Below are positions 28,283-36,831 of a DNA stretch of 64,000 nt, in pieces; positions within the stretch are counted from its first letter, which is position 1, and the number at the start of each line of letters is the position of its first letter. A model generated the notes under the pieces. That model ran no database searches and was not told the origin of the DNA. It saw only the letters and a program-made list of their open reading frames with translations. Origin of the DNA: a bacterium (lineage in GTDB: Bacteria; UBA8248). The DNA lies in the NCBI GenBank assembly GCA_965204535.1, contig CBDBEV010000001.1, positions 1,504,001 to 1,568,000 of the forward strand, given 5' to 3'. Position numbers and translations under genes: made by a program.

Positions 28283-31200
28283 ATGCCGCAAGCCCTGACG
28301 GCGGAGGTGCGTCCGCGCACCGTCCGCTCCGCACATCCCGCCGAAGCCGATGCGCTCTTTGAAGCCGCCCGGACCCTGCTGCCCGTCCTGGCGGCCGGCC
28401 GTCCGCTGGACGCGAATGCGCTGCGCGAGGCCATGACGAGCGCTTTCGGCGTGAACGACGCCGGGGGCGCCTGGGTCTGGAAGGACGCCTACGAGGCGGC
28501 GGAAGCCGCCGTCGTGCTCTTTCTGAAGCGCTACGGGCGGGCCATGCGCCGCCGGGCGGGGGCCGGACCCGATGGTCCCGCCGCCATGCTGGCCATGCTG
28601 CAAAAACTGTCCGCCCTGGAACCCTCCCACACGAAACGCTCGGAAGACCAGGTGCGCCTGCAGCAGTTCTCGACCCCGCTCGGCCTGGCCTACGCCGCGG
28701 TGCGGGCGGCGGCGCTCCGGTCAGGCGACGTCGTTCTCGAACCCTCCGCCGGTACCGGGATGCTCGCCGTGATGGCGCAGTGCGCGCTCGGTAACGAGGA
28801 CGCGCTTCACCTGAACGAGATCGCGAACGTCCGCGCCGGCCTCCTCGCTCATCTCTTCCCGAATGCCGGCATCACCCGCCACGACGCCGAGGCCATCGCC
28901 GACCGCCTCCCGGGAGTCCGGCCGGACGTCGTCCTCATGAACCCGCCGTTCTCGGCCACGCCGGGAGTCGCCAAGGCCCGGCGCGACACAGACCTGCGCC
29001 ACCTGCACTCGGCGTTTTGCGCGCTGGCCCCTGGCGGTCGCCTGGTCGCCGTCACGTCGGCGGGCTGCTTCCCGGGCGATTCGGCCTGGAAGGCGGCCTT
29101 CACCTCCCTGGAGACGCCCGCGCGCGTCGTCTTCACGATGGGCGTCGACGGGCGCGCCTACGCGAGGCGCGGGACCACCTACGACACCCGGCTCACCGTG
29201 ATCGAGAAGAGCGACGCGCCCGGCATCGCCGTCGACCCTGGAAGCCGCGCGGCGGACGCCTCCGAACTGCTCGACGCGGTCACGGCGAGTGTTCCGCCGC
29301 GCTTGTCTGCTCCCGCCGCCGGTACGCCCGCACCGGACGCCCCGCTCCGCGATCTTTTCGGCGAGACTCCGGCGTCCGGGGCGAAAACGCGCAAGAACAG
29401 GGCGAGAAAGCCGGTTTCCAAACCGGCGCACGACCGGGGAGCGGTCACCGAGCTCGCATACGAGGCGGCCCCGCCGTGCGGCGAGGACGAGACGGCAGGC
29501 CCCTACGCGCCCTGGAAGCCGGGCGTCGTCCATCTCCCGGGCGCCGTGGCGCATCCCACGCCGCTCGTCCAGTCGGCCGCCATGGCCGCCGTCGCGCATC
29601 CAAGGCCCGCGCACCGCCCGTTGCTGCCCGAGCGCGTCGTCACCGAGGGTTTGCTGTCCGATGCCCAGCTCGAGAGCGTCGTCCTGGCCGGCGAGGCGCA
29701 CGAGCGCCACCTCTCCGCACGCTACCGGATCGGATCGGGCTGGGAGACGGTCCGCCGCTTCGATGAGGAAGGCGGGTCCACGGCCGAGGAAGCCGTGACG
29801 GAAGACGGCGAAGTCCTATCGGCGCCGGCCCGATTCCGCCGGGGCTGGATGCTGGGCGACGGCACCGGGTGCGGCAAGGGCCGGCAGGTCGCCGCCGTCA
29901 TACTCGACAACATGCTCCGGGGACGGAAGCGCGCTCTCTGGCTCTCGGCCTCCGCCAACCTGCTCGAAGACGCGCGCCGTGACTGGTGCGCCCTCGGGGG
30001 AAGCGCTGAGGACGTGATCCCGCTGGGGAACTTCCGCCAGGGGGCGGACATCCCGCACGAGAGCGGTATCCTGTTCGCGACCTACGCCACGCTCCGGGCG
30101 CCGGCCCGGGAGGGCAAGGCCTCGCGGCTCGAACAGGTGGTCGCCTGGCTCGCGGGCGGTCTCGATGAGGAAGACCTCCACCGCTTCGGCGGCGTGATCG
30201 TGTTCGACGAGTCCCACGCCATGGCGAACGCGGCGGGTTCCAGGGGCTCGCGCGGCGCCGTCAAGCCCTCCGCCCAGGGACGGGCGGGGCTCAGGCTCCA
30301 GAACGCGCTTCCTGGCGCGCGCGTGCTCTACGTCTCGGCCACGGGCGCCACCACCGTGACCGGCCTCGCCTACGCGGGACGCCTGGGCCTCTGGGGCGCA
30401 GGAGAGACCCCCTTCGAGAACCGCGAGGAATTCGTAACCGCGATGGAGGCGGGCGGCGTCGCCGCCATGGAGGTGGTGGCCCGCGATCTCAAGGCCCTGG
30501 GACTGTACCAGGCGCGGGCGCTCTCCTATGAGGGGATAGAGGTCGACATCCTCGAACACCCGCTCACGCCCGAGCAGCGCCGCATCTACGACGCCTACGC
30601 CGGCGCCTTCAAGGTGATCCACGCCAATCTCCAGGACGCGCTGGAGGCCACCGGCATCATGCAGGGCGAGGAGACGCTGAACAGGAACGCGAAATCCGCC
30701 GCGCTCTCCGCCTTCGAGGGCGCCAAGCAGCGGTTTTTCGGCCACCTTTTGACCTCGATGAAGTGTCCCTCGCTCATCCGGGCGGTGGAGGCGGACCTGG
30801 ACGCCGGCCGCTCGGCCGTGATCCAGCTCGTCTCCACCGGAGAGGCCCTGATGGAGCGGCGGATCGCGGAGATCCCGGCGTCTGAATGGGACGACTTGTC
30901 CATCGACCTGACGCCCCGGGAATACGTGCTCGACTTCCTCGCCCACGCCTTCCCGGTACAGCTGCAGGAGCCCTTCACCGACGATGAGGGGAACCTCATG
31001 AGCCGGCCCGCCGTCGACGAGGACGGGAACCCCGTACTCTCCCAGGAGGCCCTCGCCAGACGCGAGGCTTTGATCGCGAAGCTGGCGTCGCTGCCGCCCG
31101 TTCCATCCGCTCTGGACCAGATCGTGCACCGCTTCGGCCACGACGCCGTGGCCGAGGTGACGGGCCGCTCCAGGAGAGTGCTCCGGATCGAGGACGCGCA

Positions 31201-32716
31201 GGGTACCAGGCACGCGCTCCGCCCGCGTCCTGCCTCGGCCTCTCTCGCCGAGACGGCGGCCTTCATGGACGGAGACAAGCGGATACTGGTCTTCTCGATG
31301 GCCGGGGGCACGGGGCGGAGCTACCACGCCGACCTCTCCGCGGCCAACACGCAGCGGCGGGTCCACTACCTGCTCGAACCCGGCTGGCGGGCGGACCAGG
31401 CGATACAGGGACTGGGCCGCACCCACCGGACGCACCAGGCTTCGGCACCCCTCTTCCGGCCCGTGACCACCGACGTGAAGGGCGAGAAGCGCTTCATCGC
31501 CACCATCGCGCGGCGGCTCGATTCCCTGGGCGCCATCACGCGGGGACAGCGCAACTCCCAGACCGCCATGGCCGGGAGCGAGGCGACCCTCTTCCGCGCC
31601 GGCGACAACCTCGAAAGCCCCTACGCCCGGGCGGCGCTGCGCCAGTTCTACGGCGCCTTGTGGCGGGGCGGTCTCCCCGGCTGGTCCCTCGAACGCTTCG
31701 AGGAGGCGACCGGCCTCAAACTCACCTACGAGGGATCGCTGAAAGAAGACCTCCCGCCCATGCCCAGGTTCCTGAACCGCCTGCTCGCGCTTCCCATAGC
31801 GGAGCAGAACGCGCTGTTCGCGGAACTCGAATCCCGCGTCGAGTCCAACATCGAGGCGGCCGTCGAGGCGGGGACGTACGAGGTCGGCGTCGAGACCCTG
31901 AGCGCGGACTCGCTCACGGCGGCCGGTTACGAAACCCTCTACACCCACCCGGGGACGGGGGCTGCCACCAGCCTCGTCGAGATCCTCCGCCGCGACCGGC
32001 TCGTGCCCGTCACGGCCGCCGCTGCGCTCGAGACGGCGGGTAAGTCCGGTGCGCCGGCACTCGTCGTGAACGACCGCTCGAAACGCGCGGCCGTCGTCCT
32101 GCCCGCCCCCTCGATGCTGTTCGACGACGGGGGCGTGCAGGAACGCGTGCGTCTTCTCAGGCCCGCGGCGCGGGAAGGGGTGGCGCGAGCCGAACTCGAT
32201 GCCTCGAACTGGCGCGAGGCGGACCAGGCCGAATGGCGCTCCCTCTGGGAGGAGGAGGTCGCCTCGCTCCCCTCACACCGGGAATCGCGCTTCTGGCTCG
32301 TGACGGGACTTCTTCTTCCGGTCTGGGACCGGCTGGGTGCGGAGAACATGCGGGTTCGGCGCCTCGCCACCGATGCGGGCGAGGCGATGATCGGACGCGC
32401 CCTGGACGCAACCGGCATACGTGCCGTTCGTGCCGCCTTCGGACTCGACGGGGGGCCGTCCCTCGGCGCGGACGAGGCCTTCGACGCCGTCATGGAGCGC
32501 GGCGAGGTCCTGACCCTCGCGAACGGCTGGCGCCTCGCGCGCCGCCGCGTCATGGGGGCGCAGCGCCTGGAGATCGAAGGCCCCGACGACCGCCAGCTCA
32601 CCGCCCTCAAGCGAGCGGGCTGTACGGTCGAGATCGTCTCCTGGAGAGCGCGGGTCTTCGCGCCCGACGCCGCCGTCCTCGGCCGCGTCCTCGAAGACCG
32701 GCCCATCGCCGACTGA
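28283..32716 (+). CDS. N6-adenine methyltransferase fused to a strawberry-notch-like SF2 helicase
   Basis: QQFSTP, VLEPSAGTG, MNPPF (MTase); LGDGTGCGKGR, FDESH, QGLGRTHR (helicase); 1477 aa. Confidence 0.92.
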   Translation: MPQALTAEVRPRTVRSAHPAEADALFEAARTLLPVLAAGRPLDANALREAMTSAFGVNDAGGAWVWKDAYEAAEAAVVLFLKRYGRAMRRRAGAGPDGPAAMLAMLQKLSALEPSHTKRSEDQVRLQQFSTPLGLAYAAVRAAALRSGDVVLEPSAGTGMLAVMAQCALGNEDALHLNEIANVRAGLLAHLFPNAGITRHDAEAIADRLPGVRPDVVLMNPPFSATPGVAKARRDTDLRHLHSAFCALAPGGRLVAVTSAGCFPGDSAWKAAFTSLETPARVVFTMGVDGRAYARRGTTYDTRLTVIEKSDAPGIAVDPGSRAADASELLDAVTASVPPRLSAPAAGTPAPDAPLRDLFGETPASGAKTRKNRARKPVSKPAHDRGAVTELAYEAAPPCGEDETAGPYAPWKPGVVHLPGAVAHPTPLVQSAAMAAVAHPRPAHRPLLPERVVTEGLLSDAQLESVVLAGEAHERHLSARYRIGSGWETVRRFDEEGGSTAEEAVTEDGEVLSAPARFRRGWMLGDGTGCGKGRQVAAVILDNMLRGRKRALWLSASANLLEDARRDWCALGGSAEDVIPLGNFRQGADIPHESGILFATYATLRAPAREGKASRLEQVVAWLAGGLDEEDLHRFGGVIVFDESHAMANAAGSRGSRGAVKPSAQGRAGLRLQNALPGARVLYVSATGATTVTGLAYAGRLGLWGAGETPFENREEFVTAMEAGGVAAMEVVARDLKALGLYQARALSYEGIEVDILEHPLTPEQRRIYDAYAGAFKVIHANLQDALEATGIMQGEETLNRNAKSAALSAFEGAKQRFFGHLLTSMKCPSLIRAVEADLDAGRSAVIQLVSTGEALMERRIAEIPASEWDDLSIDLTPREYVLDFLAHAFPVQLQEPFTDDEGNLMSRPAVDEDGNPVLSQEALARREALIAKLASLPPVPSALDQIVHRFGHDAVAEVTGRSRRVLRIEDAQGTRHALRPRPASASLAETAAFMDGDKRILVFSMAGGTGRSYHADLSAANTQRRVHYLLEPGWRADQAIQGLGRTHRTHQASAPLFRPVTTDVKGEKRFIATIARRLDSLGAITRGQRNSQTAMAGSEATLFRAGDNLESPYARAALRQFYGALWRGGLPGWSLERFEEATGLKLTYEGSLKEDLPPMPRFLNRLLALPIAEQNALFAELESRVESNIEAAVEAGTYEVGVETLSADSLTAAGYETLYTHPGTGAATSLVEILRRDRLVPVTAAAALETAGKSGAPALVVNDRSKRAAVVLPAPSMLFDDGGVQERVRLLRPAAREGVARAELDASNWREADQAEWRSLWEEEVASLPSHRESRFWLVTGLLLPVWDRLGAENMRVRRLATDAGEAMIGRALDATGIRAVRAAFGLDGGPSLGADEAFDAVMERGEVLTLANGWRLARRRVMGAQRLEIEGPDDRQLTALKRAGCTVEIVSWRARVFAPDAAVLGRVLEDRPIAD

Positions 32717-32783
32717 ATCCGCACTTGCGGCCGGCCCGCATGCGTATGGCCGGCGCTTCTCCGGCTGGCGGGGGATCATAACG

Positions 32784-33074
32784 ATGTCTTCATCATTCAA
32801 GGGAGATCTAACCGTGACTTCACAGACACTGCCGAAAGACCCCGACTTCGCCTTCTGCCCGGCCTATGGCCCGGCCGACGCACCGCAGGAGATACGGCTC
32901 GTCATCGACGGGATGACGGGGTGCATCCCCACCGGCCTCATCGCTCTGGGCCTGGAAGACGCGGAGCGCTTTTGCGATCGGCTGAACGCCCGCCTCGGAA
33001 AGGACAGGGAGGCCTGGTCCGCCCTGGCCGCGCGCTCGATGGGCCCGGCGCAGGACGACGAGACCGCAGGTTGA
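32784..33074 (+). CDS. Hypothetical protein
   Basis: Co-oriented ORF; an alternative GTG start near 32814 has a GGGAG RBS. Confidence 0.55.
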   Translation: MSSSFKGDLTVTSQTLPKDPDFAFCPAYGPADAPQEIRLVIDGMTGCIPTGLIALGLEDAERFCDRLNARLGKDREAWSALAARSMGPAQDDETAG

Positions 33075-33129
33075 GCCGCCCTCCTTGTGCGCAGCCGGCC
33101 TGACGGGGGTGGGAGCGTTCGCGGTCCGC

Positions 33130-33236
33130 GGGCGAACGTGTGCAGCTTCTCGACAAGATGAGCAGGAACGCAACGGAGCGCACCCCGAGACGGCGGCGAC
33201 CGCCGCAGGCGTGGGAGGGAGATATTCCGCTCTGCT
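33130..33236 (+). pseudogene. Degenerate copy of the ssb 3' end
   Basis: CAGCTTCTCGACAAG...AACGGAGCGCACCCCGAGACGGCGGCG...GATATTCCG aligns with ssb 35714-35830 (QFLDK...NGAHAETAA...DIPF). Confidence 0.7.
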
Positions 33237-33246
33237 CCTTTCACGG

Positions 33247-33274
33247 GCCGGCGTCCCGGCGTCGGCTTTTTTTT
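33247..33274 (+). terminator. Intrinsic terminator (paralogue of the ssb terminator)
   Basis: GCCGGCG / CGTCGGC stem followed by T8. Confidence 0.7.
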
Positions 33275-33299
33275 GCTGGTTATCCAGAGGAGGTCCGCC

Positions 33300-34295
33300 A
33301 TGCCCCGAACACCATCTCCCGCGGCCGGGATCGCCGCAGCGCTCGCCTCGCGCGCAGAGGACGTCTGCCGCCAATACCTGCCCGGGGGCAAGAAGCAGGG
33401 CCGCTACTGGGTCGCGGGCGACGTCGACGGCTCGCCCGGACGTTCGCTCTTCGTCCGCCTGAAGCCTCCGGGCGCGCCGGGCAAGTGGACCGACGCGGCC
33501 ACCGGGGAGCACGGCGACCTGCTCGACCTGATCCGCCATCGCAGCGCCGCGCCCACGCTGCGCGCGGCCATGGACGAGGCACGCGCCTTCCTCGCCCTGC
33601 CCGCTCCGCCGTCCACGGGCGGGGGCCCGCCATACGACGCCAGGGAAGCGGCGGGGCGCATCTGGCGGGGTTGCCGTCCGCTCGACGGCGGCCCGGGGGA
33701 GGCCTACCTCCGCGCCCGGGGGATCACGCGGTTCCGCTTCCCCTCCCTGCGATTCCATCCCGCGCTCTACCACCGCGAAGCCGACCGCCGCCTGCCCGCC
33801 CTGGTCGCCGCCGTGACCGACGCCGAAGGCGCGCTCCACGGGGTGCACCGCACCTGGATCGATCCCGGTGCGTCCGCCAAGGCCGGCGTCCTCCCGTCCC
33901 GCAAGGCGCTCGGCCGGTTCTTCGGACACGCCGTGCGGTTCGGCGCCCCCGGCGCCACCCTCCTGGTCGGGGAGGGCATCGAGACGGTTCTCTCGATAGT
34001 CACCGCTGCGCCCCGGGTCCCCGCCGCGGCCGCCCTCTCCGCAGGCAGCCTCGGCGCCTTCGTCCCGCCCGAGGGGGTCTCTTGCCTCATCGTCGCACGG
34101 GACAACGACCCGGAAGGCGAGATGGCTGCGGAACGCCTGACCGCTCGCTGCGCACAGGCCGAGGTCGCTATCCACGTCATCGTCTCTGAACGCGGAGACT
34201 TCAACGACGACCTCGCCGCGCTCGGCGCCGCTGTCCTGGCCGCTCGGCTCGCTCCGCTCTTCCGCCTCGCGGGAGTCGGAGAGGAGCGGGTCTAA
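33300..34295 (+). CDS. Toprim-domain primase-like protein
   Basis: GKWTDAATGEHGDLLDLI, AYLRARGI, GVHRTW, LVGEGIET, ARDND; GAGGAGG RBS. Confidence 0.88.
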   Translation: MPRTPSPAAGIAAALASRAEDVCRQYLPGGKKQGRYWVAGDVDGSPGRSLFVRLKPPGAPGKWTDAATGEHGDLLDLIRHRSAAPTLRAAMDEARAFLALPAPPSTGGGPPYDAREAAGRIWRGCRPLDGGPGEAYLRARGITRFRFPSLRFHPALYHREADRRLPALVAAVTDAEGALHGVHRTWIDPGASAKAGVLPSRKALGRFFGHAVRFGAPGATLLVGEGIETVLSIVTAAPRVPAAAALSAGSLGAFVPPEGVSCLIVARDNDPEGEMAAERLTARCAQAEVAIHVIVSERGDFNDDLAALGAAVLAARLAPLFRLAGVGEERV

Positions 34296-34328
34296 GTGGG
34301 GCGAAGCCCTGGTGAGAGGAGAGAGAGA

Positions 34329-34556
34329 ATGGACACCATCACCTTCAAGCGAGTCGCCCCGCACGAGTCCCGCATCTACGCCGGGGGCGAGTATCTCGGC
34401 GACGTCTACCGCCGCGACGATATCCTCGCCCCCGGCCATGTCTTCTACGTCGTGCACCTCGACGAGGATCCCCGGGGTCCCCGGCGCGTGCACGAACGCC
34501 GCCGCATCCGCGAGGTCGCGCAGCGCCTCGTCGATTCACACCCGCTGTGGTCGTAA
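34329..34556 (+). CDS. Hypothetical protein
   Basis: Purine-rich RBS, ATG 34329; 75 aa. Confidence 0.6.
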   Translation: MDTITFKRVAPHESRIYAGGEYLGDVYRRDDILAPGHVFYVVHLDEDPRGPRRVHERRRIREVAQRLVDSHPLWS

Positions 34557-35170
34557 CCGGGAGTCAGGCGGCCGCGCCTGCACGTGCAGCCGGCCCGCCG
34601 CCGGTAGTACGTACAGCCGTCCTGCCGCCGGCGGTCGGACCCGAGCGGAGAGAGGGATTGACGCCGTCCGACTGCGCAACCATCCTGAAGCCCTCCGGGT
34701 TCCTTCCCGCCGAGGGCGGGGGGAAGGGCACCCCCCTGCGCCGCCGACCAGACCTGTGCGCGCCGCGCAGGACGGCAGGAAGGGAACCCGGCCGCGAGAC
34801 CGGGACCACGCAGGGCGGCCGTAACCCGGCAGAGCACTCCCGCCACCGTGACACCGCCCTCCTTGCCGCCACCGTCGCCGATAACCCCGCATCGGAAGTC
34901 CCGCCACTCGATACGCCTCCATTCACCCACCCCTCATCCATCCGAACCCCGGACCGCGCGCCGGCCCGGGTGGGCTTCCGCTCCTGTCTGTCTCCGGGAC
35001 TACCCGGTCGGGACGGAGGCCACTCACGGCCCACGAAAGTTCCGACACGGGTCGCGCCCCTCCTCCCAAGAGGAAGAGCGAAGCGGGGAGCCGGGCAAAT
35101 GCCCGGTAGGGAGAGGGAGACGGTCTCCAGCTCCCGCTGCCGGGTGCGACAACCGATAGGAGGCTTGGCC

Positions 35171-35302
35171 ATGTACGAGAACGACTTCGACGTCGATGTT
35201 CCCACCACGGACGAACTGCTCGCAGAACTCGGACTCGACGCGTACACGATCCGCAAGCTACGCGACGAGGCGGGGGGCGAGGAGGAGTTTTGCAGCGTGT
35301 AG
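35171..35302 (+). CDS. Small acidic protein (43 aa)
   Basis: AGGAGG RBS; MYENDFDVDVPTTDELLAELGLDAYTIRKLRDEAGGEEEFCSV. Confidence 0.55.
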   Translation: MYENDFDVDVPTTDELLAELGLDAYTIRKLRDEAGGEEEFCSV

Positions 35303-35380
35303 GGCGAACCGGGGGGGTGGAGAGAAAGGCTCTCTCCCTCTCATCATTTTTTCTCACTCACACCACGAAGGAGAATCATC

Positions 35381-35833
35381 ATGGCATTCGGACTCAACAG
35401 AGCGGAACTGATCGGGCGTCTCGGCGCAGACGTCACCATCAACCATCTCACGAGCGGCGGTCGCGTCGCGAACCTGTCCATCGCGACCGACGAGGGCTAC
35501 GTCGACAAGCAGTCCGGCGAGCGGGTGGACAAGACCGAGTGGCACCGGGTCGTCACCTTCCAGCCGGGCCTGGTGGATATGTTCGAAAAGCACGCGAAGA
35601 AGGGCCGTCTGGTCTACGTGGCGGGCAAGCTCCAGACCAGGCGCTGGAAGAAGGACGATGAGGACTCGGACCGGTTCTCGACCGAGATCCTCATCGCGCC
35701 TGGCGGGCGCATCCAGTTCCTCGACAAGGTGAATGGGAACGGCAATGGCAACGGTAACGGCAACGGCGCGCACGCCGAGACGGCGGCGGTGGCGGCGACC
35801 GCCGGCGTTGCGGGAGAAGACATTCCATTTTGA
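35381..35833 (+). CDS. ssb: Single-stranded DNA-binding protein
   Basis: LNRAELIGRLGAD, TEWHRVV, VYVAGKLQTRRW, C-terminal DIPF; (NG)n linker. Confidence 0.96.
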   Translation: MAFGLNRAELIGRLGADVTINHLTSGGRVANLSIATDEGYVDKQSGERVDKTEWHRVVTFQPGLVDMFEKHAKKGRLVYVAGKLQTRRWKKDDEDSDRFSTEILIAPGGRIQFLDKVNGNGNGNGNGNGAHAETAAVAATAGVAGEDIPF

Positions 35834-35841
35834 GCGCTTCA

Positions 35842-35873
35842 GGGGCTGGCGCTTCGGCGTCAGCCCTTTTTTT
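35842..35873 (+). terminator. Intrinsic terminator after ssb
   Basis: GGGCTGGCGC-TTCG-GCGTCAGCCC followed by T7. Confidence 0.85.
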
Positions 35874-36210
35874 GCTCGTTATCCAGAGGAAGTCCGCCAT
35901 GCCCCGAACACCCTCTCCTGTCGCCCGAGCCTTTCCCGCCCTGTCGGCTCTCACATCTACCGGGAGCACCCGGTAAATCTCCGGTTCCGTGAACGATGAA
36001 CCGTGTTCCCGGAAGACCGGCATGCACCTCCAATCATTCCATGTTCAAGACAGTGGCTCGGTCCACCCCCCGCTGCGGGAATTTCGGGCCGGAAAATGCG
36101 GCCCGAAATGACCCTTTCCGCAGCATGAGGGATTGTTTCCCGATGAGCTTCGCCTTCATCGTGAAACACCAAAGGCTCTTGTGTCCCGGTGGCGGTACTA
36201 CCCTCTCTCT

Positions 36211-36399
36211 CTTAGCGCTCCCATTTTAGCACGCACGGCGCGGGGTCAAGGGTGCTTTTGCAAAAGACGCAAAAGCATCTTTTTTCAGAAAAAATCGGTG
36301 AAGCGTGGATTTTTTCCGCTGCGCGCCCTCCGGGTGAAAAAAGACTGAAAACCGCCCCTGACGCCCACGCCTACCACGTGCTGAAAATGGGGCGCTAAG
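36211..36399. promoter_or_regulatory. Frpo/ssi-like single-stranded-DNA promoter (long imperfect hairpin)
   Basis: Arms CTTAGCGCTCCCATTTTAGCACG...GGGGTCAAGGG and CCCCTGACGCCC...CGTGCTGAAAATGGGGCGCTAAG pair; minus strand of the left arm reads TTGACC-N15-TAAAAT; internal hairpin TGCTTTTGC/GCAAAAGCA. Confidence 0.75.
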
Positions 36400-36435
36400 A
36401 AGCGCATCCGTTAACTCTCTACGAAGGAGAAAGGC

Positions 36436-36810
36436 ATGGAAACCACCGTGGTGAATTTGAACGACTACGTTGCGCCTCAATTCGGCGGCGGCTTGCTGGT
36501 CAGGATCGACCGCATGACGAAGTGGGGAAACCCCTTCCGCATCGGCAAGGACGGCGAGCGCGCCGACGTGATTGAAAAATACCGGCGATGGCTGTGGGGA
36601 AAAATCCAGAACGAGGAGGTGGACCTCTACGAACTCGCCGACCTTCAAGGCTGCGAACTCGGCTGCCACTGCCATCCCCTCCCGTGCCACGGCGACGTAC
36701 TCGCACGCGCCGCCGAGTGGGCCGCCGGGTATCTCGACGAGATGCCACAAGAAGTGGGGCGCAACGAGCGTGGCTACGCTCTTCCCGAATTCAACCATCC
36801 CCTCGCTTGA
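36436..36810 (+). CDS. DUF4326-like protein
   Basis: IDRMTKWGNPF.IG.DG.R..VIEKYR.WL, LGCHCHPLPCHGDVL. Confidence 0.88.
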   Translation: METTVVNLNDYVAPQFGGGLLVRIDRMTKWGNPFRIGKDGERADVIEKYRRWLWGKIQNEEVDLYELADLQGCELGCHCHPLPCHGDVLARAAEWAAGYLDEMPQEVGRNERGYALPEFNHPLA

Positions 36811-36831
36811 GGACAACGAAAGGAGTGAACG

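Noticed and set aside
34560-35165. Second Frpo-like promoter upstream of the acidic peptide and ssb
   Set aside because: Only short partial complementarities were found by eye and no -35/-10 pair; needs computational folding.
35731-35768. (GGCAAC)n-like repeat in ssb as a phase-variation tract
   Set aside because: In-frame, codon-varied Asn-Gly linker typical of disordered SSB tails.
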